From Thermoanaerobaculia bacterium (GTDB lineage Bacteria > Acidobacteriota > Thermoanaerobaculia > Multivoradales > Multivoraceae), in the NCBI GenBank assembly GCA_965200575.1, contig OZ241363.1, positions 1,616,827 through 1,680,826 of the forward strand: 64,000 nt of DNA, given 5' to 3'. Position 1 is the stretch's first letter, and each line of letters starts with the position of its first letter. The notes under the pieces were generated by a model. The model was not told the origin of the DNA and searched no databases. It saw only the letters and a list, made by a program, of their open reading frames with translations. The position numbers were made by a program, and so were the translations under genes. Positions 36,954 through 45,361 of this stretch are shown here, piece by piece.

Positions 36954-36981
36954 GGAGGCCAGAAGCGAAGGCGCGACCGGC

Positions 36982-38259
36982 TCAGCCGGCCTGTGTCGGC
37001 GCGGTCGTGCCGGCAGCTTCCGCTTCCATGGCCGCGCCGAACCTCGCCATGTCCTCGAACATCTCTTCGAAGTCGTACTCGAAGACATCGCCGGACAGCA
37101 CCCGCGTCACGCCCTCCTGGTGGTGCGGGAAATGTCGCGAGAAGCCGCCGAAGCTGAACTGCGGGTCGTAGAACCGGGTGACCATCCGATGCACGGCCTC
37201 CACGCCGCGCAGCAGGCGGGGCTGGAAGGCGCCGAGACGCGCGCCGGAAGGGTCGTCGTTCTCGATCGCGTCGATCGTGACTTCCGCGGCCATGACGCCG
37301 GATTCGAGCGCCAGCATCACGCCCGACGAGTAGACCGGATCGATGAAGGAGTACGCGTCGCCGATCGCGACCCAGCCGTCGCCTGCCATCTTCTCCAGCC
37401 GGTAGGAGAAGTCCTTCAGCACGCTGATCGGTCGGCACTGGTGGCCGGACTTGATCCGCCATTCGAGCTGCGCGCACTTCCGCACCTCGTCGTAGAAGAT
37501 CTCGTGCGGCCTGCCCTGACGGTTCTTCAGCAGCACGTCCACCGGTCCCACGACACCTACGCTGACCGTGTCGCGGCAAAGCGGGATGTACCAGAACCAG
37601 CACTCTCCGGATTCGGTGTGCAGGACCAGGGTCGCGCCCTCGGCCCGCCCCTCGTCCCGGTGGGCGCCACGGATGTGGGTGAAGATCCCGGCGTGCCGGA
37701 GGTCGTAGTCGATCCGGCCCAGGTCCAGCTTGCGCGCAATCAGGGCGCTGAGACCGGTGGCGTCAATGACGACGCGACACCTCAGCTCGACGGGCTCCCC
37801 GCCGACCGACGGCACGGCCAGCACCCCCACCGCGCGGCCGTCCTCGAACAGCACGTCGCGGACGTTCACGCCCCGGTGTACCTCGGCGCCCTGCTCCGCG
37901 GCCGTGTCCATCAGCAGCTGATCGAACTCGGCGCGGCGCACCTGCCAGGTGCGGGCGCTGTCGTCGCCGGGACGCCCGTAGTCGAAGTAGTACGGAGCGG
38001 ACGACTTGCCGTTCTTCGTGAAGAACTGGACGGAGTGCTTCTGCGTGAAGTGGCTGTCCTTCATCGCCTGAAGGGCGCCCATCTTCCTGAGCGCCCAGTA
38101 CGTGTCGGGCATCAGCGATTCGCCGATCTTGAACTCCGGCGCCGCCAACCTCTCCAGCAGAAGAGTCTTCAGGCCGCCACGCGCGGCGATCGCCGCAGCC
38201 GAAGCGCCGCCGGGACCGCCGCCGACCACGATCGTGTCCCAGGAGGTACGCGTGAACAT
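36982..38259 (-). CDS. FAD-dependent oxidoreductase with flavin-dependent halogenase signature
   Basis: GxGxxG motif IVVGGGPGGASAA, PEFKIGESLMP (conserved Lys-Ile-Gly-Glu-Ser), WxWxIP motif GECWFWYIPL, and GDAYSFIDPVYSSGV. Confidence 0.7.
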   Translation of the reverse strand: MFTRTSWDTIVVGGGPGGASAAAIAARGGLKTLLLERLAAPEFKIGESLMPDTYWALRKMGALQAMKDSHFTQKHSVQFFTKNGKSSAPYYFDYGRPGDDSARTWQVRRAEFDQLLMDTAAEQGAEVHRGVNVRDVLFEDGRAVGVLAVPSVGGEPVELRCRVVIDATGLSALIARKLDLGRIDYDLRHAGIFTHIRGAHRDEGRAEGATLVLHTESGECWFWYIPLCRDTVSVGVVGPVDVLLKNRQGRPHEIFYDEVRKCAQLEWRIKSGHQCRPISVLKDFSYRLEKMAGDGWVAIGDAYSFIDPVYSSGVMLALESGVMAAEVTIDAIENDDPSGARLGAFQPRLLRGVEAVHRMVTRFYDPQFSFGGFSRHFPHHQEGVTRVLSGDVFEYDFEEMFEDMARFGAAMEAEAAGTTAPTQAG

Positions 38260-38504
38260 GTCGTGACTCTAACAGGCCGACGCCCCTGCCCCCCTTGGCC
38301 TCGCCCCACAAGTCCGTGCCCGGGCGAGCGACGGTGGGAGACCGGCAGGACGAACGGACTCGGGGGCAGGCGTTCGGTTGCCGAAACGACCACGTCCGTT
38401 GTAGCTTCCCGTCGGCCATCGCCCGCTTGCCGCGGCCCGGGCGAGCTCAGGCAACGCCGAATTGCCCGGCGAGACGCCCCACCGACTCGACAGGAGCATC
38501 GACG

Positions 38505-40880
38505 ATGCGTTCCCTCCTTCCAGCCTTCCCCGCCCTGCTGCTGCTGGCCTCGACGGCCGCACCGGCCCAGGAGACCGACGACCCGGAGGCCCAGGTCGCG
38601 GACGAGATAACCGTCACCGCCCAGCGGGTCGAGGAAACGCTGCAGGACGTGCCCATCTCCATCGTCACACTCTCCGGCGAGGAGCTCGAGAACCGGGGAA
38701 TCACGGACGTCCAGGGCATCGCGGACGCCGCGCCCGGCGTGGTCGTCTCGGGCCACAGTTCGACCACCGGAGAGGTCTCCGTGACCATCCGCGGCGTCGG
38801 CTCGAACACGTTCGGTCTGGGCACCGAATCCACCGTCGGCTACTACGTGGACGGCGTCTACATGCCGCGTCCGCAGAGCTTCGCCAGCCCGCTGCTCGAT
38901 CTGGAACGGGTCGAGGTGCTGCGCGGTCCTCAGGGGACCCTGTGGGGCCGCAACTCGACGGGCGGCGCCCTGAACCTGGTCACCCGCGCCCCGGAAGGCG
39001 CCTTCCAGGGGCGCGTCGTTGCCGGGGCCAGCGAGTACGACTCCGTGGACAGCGCGAGCGGCCAGCGCTACGGGATCTCGCTGAACGGTCCGCTCACCCG
39101 ATCCGTGTGGGCGCGCCTGTCGCACTCGGTCGTCGACGTGGAGGACGCCACCTGGAACCAGCACCTGAGCAACAGGAACGACAACCTGGACGGCTCCTCC
39201 AGCCGCCTGGGCCTGACCCTCGCGCCCGGCGACGCAACGGTCATCACGCTGCGCGGTGACCGGACCGCGAACGACAGCCACAACAACTTCCAGCTGAAGG
39301 CCGGCACGAACGCTCCCGAGAGCCTTGTCGGCGCGCTGAATTCCTTCTACGGCTACTCCGATCCGACGGACGTACACGCGATCGCCGCCAACATCGCGCC
39401 GCTTTCGGACTACGAGGAGAGCGGGTTCTCTCTGCACGTGGACCACGTGTTCTCGCCGAGCCTCAGTCTCTCGTCCATCACCAGCGCCCGCGACCTCGAC
39501 TCGAACCGACGCTCGGACGTGGACGCCTCGCCACTCGACTTCGTGGAGAACCACGGCGCCTACGAGTCGGACTGGCGATCGCAGGAGATTCAGCTGCGCG
39601 GCGACACGGGACGGGCGCGCTGGATCGCCGGGCTGTACGCCTTCGAAGAAGAGGGGCACACCCTGACGGACACGCGGTCCGACACGGCGCTGTTCGGCGT
39701 CTGGCTGTTCGCGACCAACCCCGCCACCTTCCTGTTCGATCCGAACTCGTACTGTTCGCTCGGCTTCCTCGCGCCGGCGACGCTGTGCGGGCCGGCCTAC
39801 TACGTCGCCGTGGCGCCCTTCCTGGGCCTGCCAGTGCCCGGAACGGTGACCAGCGGGAACTTCTTCGACACGACGCTCGACAGTTCGGCGCGCGCCGCCT
39901 TCGGCCAGGTGGACTGGACGCTGAGCGACCGCGTCACCCTGACCACCGGCGTCCGCTACACCGAAGACGAGAAGACGCACACCCAGTCCACCATCGACTT
40001 CGTGACCCTGGCGCCCTCAACCGAGACCCTGAGCGACGACTGGAGCGCGGTCACGCCCAAGCTCGGCATCGAGGTGCGCCCGAACGACGACCTGATGCTC
40101 TACGGCGCGGTGACCACCGGCTACAAGAGCGGCGGCTTCAACTCCATCTCGCTGCAGCCCGCGTTCGACGAGGAGACGGTCGACAGCTACGAGATCGGCC
40201 TCAAGTCCACCGTCGCCCGCGGAGTCACGTTCAACGCGTCCGCGTTCAGCTACGACTACGACGACCTGCAGGTCGCCGTCCTGTATCCGGATCGGTCCAC
40301 GGTCGAGAACGCGGCAAGCGCCAGCATCGCCGGTTTCGACCTGGAGCTGCGCGTGCGGCCGAATCCCCGGCTCGCCTTCGACGTCTCGCTCGAGGTCCTC
40401 GACGACGAGTTCGACCAGTTCACGTCCCAGAATCCGCTCGACGTGGCCGACCTGACCTACGCCGCCATCGCGGCCGGCACGCTCGACCTCACGGCGGCGC
40501 TCGCCGCCGGCGCCTTCGCGCCCACGACCGACCTGTCGGGCAACGGGTTGCCCCAGGCGCCCGACCTCTCGGCGAGCGCTTCCCTCGCCTACACGTTCGA
40601 TCTCGGCGGCGCCGGGTCGCTGACCGCGCGGGGCGAGTACCAGTACAGCGACGACATCGCCTTCGACGCCTTCGAGGAGTTCGTGCAGCCGAGCTACAGC
40701 CTCGTCCACGGCTACCTGCGCTGGAGCCCGGCCGCCGCCTCGTTTCAGGTGAACCTGTACGGCCGCAACCTGACCGACGAGGAGTACAGGGTGACCGAGT
40801 TCTTCACCAACTACACCGGGACCCTCCGCGTCTGGGCGCCCCCGCGCGAGATCGGCATCCAGGTCGGCTTCGACTTCTGA
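38505..40880 (+). CDS. TonB-dependent outer-membrane receptor
   Basis: RBS CAGGAG at 38491-38496. Signal peptide MRSLLPAFPALLLLASTAAPAQE. Plug domain ITVTAQRVEETLQDVPISIVTLSGEELENRGITDVQG. Beta-barrel ends ...IGIQVGFDF with a terminal Phe. The track start at 38295 is over-extended. Confidence 0.85.
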   Translation: MRSLLPAFPALLLLASTAAPAQETDDPEAQVADEITVTAQRVEETLQDVPISIVTLSGEELENRGITDVQGIADAAPGVVVSGHSSTTGEVSVTIRGVGSNTFGLGTESTVGYYVDGVYMPRPQSFASPLLDLERVEVLRGPQGTLWGRNSTGGALNLVTRAPEGAFQGRVVAGASEYDSVDSASGQRYGISLNGPLTRSVWARLSHSVVDVEDATWNQHLSNRNDNLDGSSSRLGLTLAPGDATVITLRGDRTANDSHNNFQLKAGTNAPESLVGALNSFYGYSDPTDVHAIAANIAPLSDYEESGFSLHVDHVFSPSLSLSSITSARDLDSNRRSDVDASPLDFVENHGAYESDWRSQEIQLRGDTGRARWIAGLYAFEEEGHTLTDTRSDTALFGVWLFATNPATFLFDPNSYCSLGFLAPATLCGPAYYVAVAPFLGLPVPGTVTSGNFFDTTLDSSARAAFGQVDWTLSDRVTLTTGVRYTEDEKTHTQSTIDFVTLAPSTETLSDDWSAVTPKLGIEVRPNDDLMLYGAVTTGYKSGGFNSISLQPAFDEETVDSYEIGLKSTVARGVTFNASAFSYDYDDLQVAVLYPDRSTVENAASASIAGFDLELRVRPNPRLAFDVSLEVLDDEFDQFTSQNPLDVADLTYAAIAAGTLDLTAALAAGAFAPTTDLSGNGLPQAPDLSASASLAYTFDLGGAGSLTARGEYQYSDDIAFDAFEEFVQPSYSLVHGYLRWSPAAASFQVNLYGRNLTDEEYRVTEFFTNYTGTLRVWAPPREIGIQVGFDF

Positions 40881-41023
40881 CCTGGTAGCCAAGCACCGAT
40901 TCGGCCCACGACCCCGTGCAGCGCAGCCGACCGCAGCAGGCGGAATCCCTTCAGCCACCTCCAGCGCGCCCGCGTCCCCTGCCGGCCCCTCGGACCTGAC
41001 GGCGGCCCAACCGACGTCGTCGG

Positions 41024-42397
41024 CTACGTGTAGCGGGCGCCCCGGTAGCTCTCGTCGTAGAACCGCGGCAACAGCTGGTCGACCCGCAGGATGGCGCCGG
41101 GGCTGAGCTCCACGCGCTCGGCATGAACGGTCGCCAGGCCCTGCTCGGCCAGGCCGTCGAAGGCCTCGGCGTACTCCTCCAGCACGTCGACGCCGAACTT
41201 CCGCCGAAACGGCGCCGGGTCAAGCCAGCCGCGCTTCAGCTGCAGGATGACCTCCCGCGTCAGGCGCTGCCCGGGGGTCGTCGAGAGCGCCCGCCGGGTG
41301 GCGAGGCCGCCGGCTTCGATGGCCGCCAGGTAGTCGTCCCAGCGGTCGTGGTTCTGCATGTGGACGCCGTTCATGTGGCCGAACGCCGACACGCCCACCG
41401 GGATCATTTCGGCGCCGCTCCACACCTCGCGGGCGTAGACGAACTTGCAGCCGCGGTCGCGCCGCATCATCGTGTAGGCGCTCCAGCGCTCGAAGCCGGC
41501 GCGCTCCAGCTGTTCGAACGCCCACGCGTGCAACTCCCGCTTGGTCTTCCAGTCCGCGAACTCGGGCACGTCGTCGTCGCCGCGCAGCCGGGCCTTCGAG
41601 TACACCGTGTTGAACGGCAGCTCCATCTGGTAGAGGGTGATGGAGTCCGGGTCGTACTCGATCGTCCGCTCGACAGTCCGCTTCCAGGTCTCCCACGTCT
41701 CCCCAACCATCCCGGCGATGATGTCGACGTTCAACTGCCGAAAGTCCCGGCTGCGGATCCAGTCGCGCACCCGGTGGATCTCCTTCGAGACGTGGGCGCG
41801 ACCGTTCTCCTCCAGGATGGCGTCGTCGAAGCTCTCGATACCGAGGCTCAGCCGGGTGACGCCGATGCTGCGGATCGCGTCCAGCTTGGACTGGGTCAGG
41901 GTGCCCGGCTCGCACTCGAACGCCACCTCTTCGGCGGCGTCCCACGACATGGCGGCCTGGAGCCGTTCGGCCAGCGGCACCAGCTGCTTGGCGGCGATGT
42001 AGGAGGGCGTCCCGCCGCCGAAGTAGACGAAGTCCAGGGACCGTCCCCGGATCGCTGCCCGCTCCGCGTAGCGCTCGATCTCCTCGCCGAGAGCGTCGAG
42101 GTAGCGGCCGATCTGCTGGTGGTTCCTGTCGACGTAGACCCTGAAGTAGCAGAACTTGCAGCGCTTGCGGCAGAACGGGATGTGGACGTACAAGCCGAGC
42201 GACGCGTCGGCGGACGGCGCACGATCGAGAGCCGCGGCGGCCTCGGGCGCGGCCGCCTCGTTCCAGGCCGAGTACGGCGGGTAGTTGGACACGAAGACGG
42301 AACCGATGTCCGTCGCCTCCAGGTCGAGCAGGCCGGTCGCCGGCTCGGCCCTGATCGGGCCCTTCCCGGTCCCGCCCTGCTTCATGCCTTCGTCCAT
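41024..42397 (-). CDS. HemN-like radical SAM protein (coproporphyrinogen III oxidase family / class C-type)
   Basis: CxxxCxxC motif in YVHIPFCRKRCKFCYFRV, GGGTPS, and a HemN_C-like tail. Start is either ATG 42397 (MDEGMKQ, GAGGG 4 nt upstream) or ATG 42385. Confidence 0.85.
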   Translation of the reverse strand: MDEGMKQGGTGKGPIRAEPATGLLDLEATDIGSVFVSNYPPYSAWNEAAAPEAAAALDRAPSADASLGLYVHIPFCRKRCKFCYFRVYVDRNHQQIGRYLDALGEEIERYAERAAIRGRSLDFVYFGGGTPSYIAAKQLVPLAERLQAAMSWDAAEEVAFECEPGTLTQSKLDAIRSIGVTRLSLGIESFDDAILEENGRAHVSKEIHRVRDWIRSRDFRQLNVDIIAGMVGETWETWKRTVERTIEYDPDSITLYQMELPFNTVYSKARLRGDDDVPEFADWKTKRELHAWAFEQLERAGFERWSAYTMMRRDRGCKFVYAREVWSGAEMIPVGVSAFGHMNGVHMQNHDRWDDYLAAIEAGGLATRRALSTTPGQRLTREVILQLKRGWLDPAPFRRKFGVDVLEEYAEAFDGLAEQGLATVHAERVELSPGAILRVDQLLPRFYDESYRGARYT

Positions 42398-42571
42398 GTC
42401 CCTCGTTCCCCACACTCCAGCGCCGCTGCGACCGGTACCGGCGACGCGTCCGACCTCGGCGGCGACGCGACGAGGACCGGTCGGCACCGCCGGCGGCGCC
42501 GGCCCGGCGCCCGGTTCTCCGTCTCATGGTTCTCGCGGTTGTCGTGGTTCGACATGGGAGCCGTCTGTTCG

Positions 42572-43780
42572 CTACCCGAAGCAGTAGAGGATGCCGTCGA
42601 GGCTGCCGATCACCAGCCGTTTCGACGCCACCGCCGGCGACGCGATGATGGCGGAGCCGGTGTCGAACTCCCACACGGGTTCGCCGGTCGCCTTGTCCAG
42701 GGCGACCACCGGCCCGCGCTTCGAGCCGACGAAGATGCGGTCACCGACGATCACCGGCGACGAGTCCAGCCGGGCGCCGCTGTTCCACTCCCACCTCCGC
42801 TCGCCGGTCGAAGGATCGAGGGCGTGGACGATCTTGTCCCGGCCACCCACCACGACGATCTCGTCATCCGCCGCCGGCGAGGCGTAGAACGGGAACTTGC
42901 GCACCTCGTGCTCATACACCCAGACCACCTGACGCTTCGCGAGGTCGATGCCCAGCACCTCGTTCTCGAAGGTGCCCACGTACGCCATGTCGCCCACCAC
43001 CGCGGGACTTGCCGCGGCCTGGCCGCGCAGGTCGATCTTCTCCACCGTCTCGCCGGTCTCGATGTCGATCAGCCACATGTAGCCGTCGCACCCCGAGACC
43101 GTGGTAAGCCCGGAGGCAACCGCCGGGGTGCCGTGGACGTAGCCGTCCGTCTCGACCTGCCAGATCGCCTCTCCCGTGGTTCGATCCAGGCAGTAGAGGG
43201 AGTTGTCGTAGGAACCGGCAAGCAGCCGGCTGCCGTGGAGCGAAACCCCGGCATAGATCTCGCCGAAGGTCTCGTGCTGCCAGATCTGCTCGCCGCCCTC
43301 GGCATCGAGCGCATGGATGTAGCCGTACTCGTCGCCGACATAGACGACGCCGCCGAACACCGAAACCGGCGCCTTGATCGGGGTTCCGGCGTCGAAACGC
43401 CAGAGCTCCCGGCCCTCTGCCAGGGTCAGAGCGTACACACGGCCCTCGAAGTCGCCCAGGTACACAACGCCGTCGACGATCGCGACCGTGCTCTCGATCT
43501 CGCTTTCTGTATCGAAGGTCCACAGAAGCTGCGGGTCATCCGGCAGCGAGGACCCGGCCACTCCGGTGCCGAGCAGGTTGCCCCGAAACACCGGCCAGGC
43601 GTCCGCGTCGGGCCGCAGAAGGGAGGCGTCCTCCGCGCTGTCCTGGTCGCCACCGTCACCGGCCGCCCCTTCCGCCGTCGACGAGGCGAGCAGCAGGAGC
43701 ACTGCCAGCGTCAGGCAGAGCCGGGAAGCGAGCCGCGCCCGGAACCCCTGTCGCCGGAGCGTCGTTTCCTCGGCCGCCAT
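42572..43780 (-). CDS. Secreted PQQ-like (BamB-like) beta-propeller repeat protein
   Basis: ATG 43780 gives a signal peptide ...RLCLTLAVLLLLASSTAEG. Repeated blades follow the pattern VYxGxxDGxxxALDxxTGxxxW (for example GRVYALTLAEGRELWRF and GYIHALDAEGGEQIWQ). Confidence 0.8.
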   Translation of the reverse strand: MAAEETTLRRQGFRARLASRLCLTLAVLLLLASSTAEGAAGDGGDQDSAEDASLLRPDADAWPVFRGNLLGTGVAGSSLPDDPQLLWTFDTESEIESTVAIVDGVVYLGDFEGRVYALTLAEGRELWRFDAGTPIKAPVSVFGGVVYVGDEYGYIHALDAEGGEQIWQHETFGEIYAGVSLHGSRLLAGSYDNSLYCLDRTTGEAIWQVETDGYVHGTPAVASGLTTVSGCDGYMWLIDIETGETVEKIDLRGQAAASPAVVGDMAYVGTFENEVLGIDLAKRQVVWVYEHEVRKFPFYASPAADDEIVVVGGRDKIVHALDPSTGERRWEWNSGARLDSSPVIVGDRIFVGSKRGPVVALDKATGEPVWEFDTGSAIIASPAVASKRLVIGSLDGILYCFG

Positions 43781-43983
43781 GCGCCGCCCTTCTTCAGGCG
43801 CAGCCGAGTCACCCGCGCGCCGCTCGAGCTGGCGTGTTCCGCTCGGCCAGTGCGCTCGGGCTGTCGGGGCAAGGCCTCCACGCTCTCCGCTTCTCCACAC
43901 CACTCCGACCCTCCGCACAAGCCAGACCATCCGCCGCGCACCCTCCGTCGCGCACGCCGCGAGAACCGCCGGGACAGGGCGCC

Positions 43984-45330
43984 TCAGAACGCCGCCCGGT
44001 ACAGGCTCAGCATATCGGAGGCGTCGGCCGGTCTCGGGTTGTACTGCGCCGTCCACTGTTCGGCCGCCTGGCCGGCAAGGACTTCGAGGTCGGCCTCCGG
44101 AACGCCCATCTCCCGCAGGCGGGACGCCACTCCGGCCCGCTCGCGGAGATCGACCCAGAGCTCGGCGAGCGCCTCTCCCGCCGAGCCGGCTCCCGCTTCG
44201 GCACCGGCGCCATTGTCCGAAACGACCTTGCTCAGCGCCTCGTAACGCACGCCCCGCCCACTCTCCGAGTTGAAGCGTACGACGTGGTCGAGCATCACGG
44301 CGACGGCTACGCCGTGCGTCACGCCGTAGCGGGCGGTCAGCGGGTTGGCCAGCCCATGGGCGGCGCCGAGCATCGACGCTTCGATGGCTGCGCCCGCCAG
44401 ATGGGCGCCGAGCAGCATGTCGCCCCAGAGCTCATCCAGACTCAGCACCCCCGGCTGGTCGAGACAGTTCTGCGGCGGGCCCGCACGCAGCAGCCCGGCC
44501 CCCGCCAGCTTCAGGTCCTCGTCGCCGGGCGCAGCGAGAGCCCTCGGCGCCGGCCCTCTCTCGTCGCGAACATCGCCGCCTGCTCCCGGCCGGGTCGCCG
44601 CCACCGCCTCGAACCCCCGCAACAGCCGCCCGAACCCCTCGCTCGCGAACATCCGCGAGTACGGGTTCGCCGCCGTGCAGACGAAACTCTCCAGGGCGTG
44701 GGACAGAGCGTCGAGGCCGGTCGCCGCCTTGATCTCCGGCGGCGCGGTGCCGACCAGCGAGGGGTCGAGCAGGGTCGCCGCGAAGCGGGCCTTCGGGTCG
44801 CCGCATGCCATCTTCCGGTGGTCGCCGTCCCGGGCGATGACCGCGAACGACTGCGCTTCGCTGCCGGTACCGGCCGTGCAGGGAACGCCGATGGAGGGGA
44901 GCATCGGCTTCGCGGCCAGGCCGAACCCGCGGTAGTCCTCCATCCGGCCGCCGTTGGTGAACACGAAGTTCGCGCCCTTGGCGCAGTCCATGGCCGAACC
45001 GCCGCCGAGGCCCACGAGCAGATCCGCCTGGTGGTGCCGAGCTGCATCGGCCGCCGCCGCCACGTTGCGCTCGCCGGGGTTCTCCTCGGCGTCGGGAAAG
45101 GTGGCCACGTCCAGGCCGGCGCCGCCAAGCGACGCGGAGGCCCGGTCCAGGTGCCCGGCGGCGGCGATCCCGCCATCGGTCACCACGAGGACGCGTCGAC
45201 CGCCCAGCTCCCGTGCGAGCTCGCCGATGACGTCGACCACGCCGACGCCGTACAGCACCCGGCCCGAGGCCGAGTCGATGCTCCAGGAGTCGCCCGCCTC
45301 GAGCGGTCGCTGGCCCCGGCCGATCGCCAC
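43984..45330 (-). CDS. Iron-containing (group III) alcohol dehydrogenase
   Basis: RRVLVVTDGGIAAAGHLD, LVGLGGGSAMDCAKGANF, and metal-ligand regions LSHALESFV and AHGLANPL. Start is uncertain: GTG 45330 is preferred, because ATG 45426 would overlap the upstream gene by 65 nt. Confidence 0.85.
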   Translation of the reverse strand: MAIGRGQRPLEAGDSWSIDSASGRVLYGVGVVDVIGELARELGGRRVLVVTDGGIAAAGHLDRASASLGGAGLDVATFPDAEENPGERNVAAAADAARHHQADLLVGLGGGSAMDCAKGANFVFTNGGRMEDYRGFGLAAKPMLPSIGVPCTAGTGSEAQSFAVIARDGDHRKMACGDPKARFAATLLDPSLVGTAPPEIKAATGLDALSHALESFVCTAANPYSRMFASEGFGRLLRGFEAVAATRPGAGGDVRDERGPAPRALAAPGDEDLKLAGAGLLRAGPPQNCLDQPGVLSLDELWGDMLLGAHLAGAAIEASMLGAAHGLANPLTARYGVTHGVAVAVMLDHVVRFNSESGRGVRYEALSKVVSDNGAGAEAGAGSAGEALAELWVDLRERAGVASRLREMGVPEADLEVLAGQAAEQWTAQYNPRPADASDMLSLYRAAF

Positions 45331-45361
45331 GACTCCAGGAACCAGCGCGGCGCGTGACGCC

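Noticed and set aside
38290-38504. Cobalamin riboswitch upstream of the TonB-dependent receptor
   Set aside because: A GGGAGACCGGCAGG stretch vaguely resembles a B12 box. I could not find the other conserved elements (the GCCACTG-type and GGTG..AA.TCC-type segments) or the expected helices.
43711-43941. Small ORF 43711..43941 (76 aa) and an in-frame upstream Met (MVWLVRR...) in the 203-nt gap before propeller C
   Set aside because: The small ORF overlaps the propeller start out of frame and has a Gly/Arg/Ser shadow composition. The upstream Met would add 50 non-signal residues before a clear signal peptide. I treat the gap as a promoter region.
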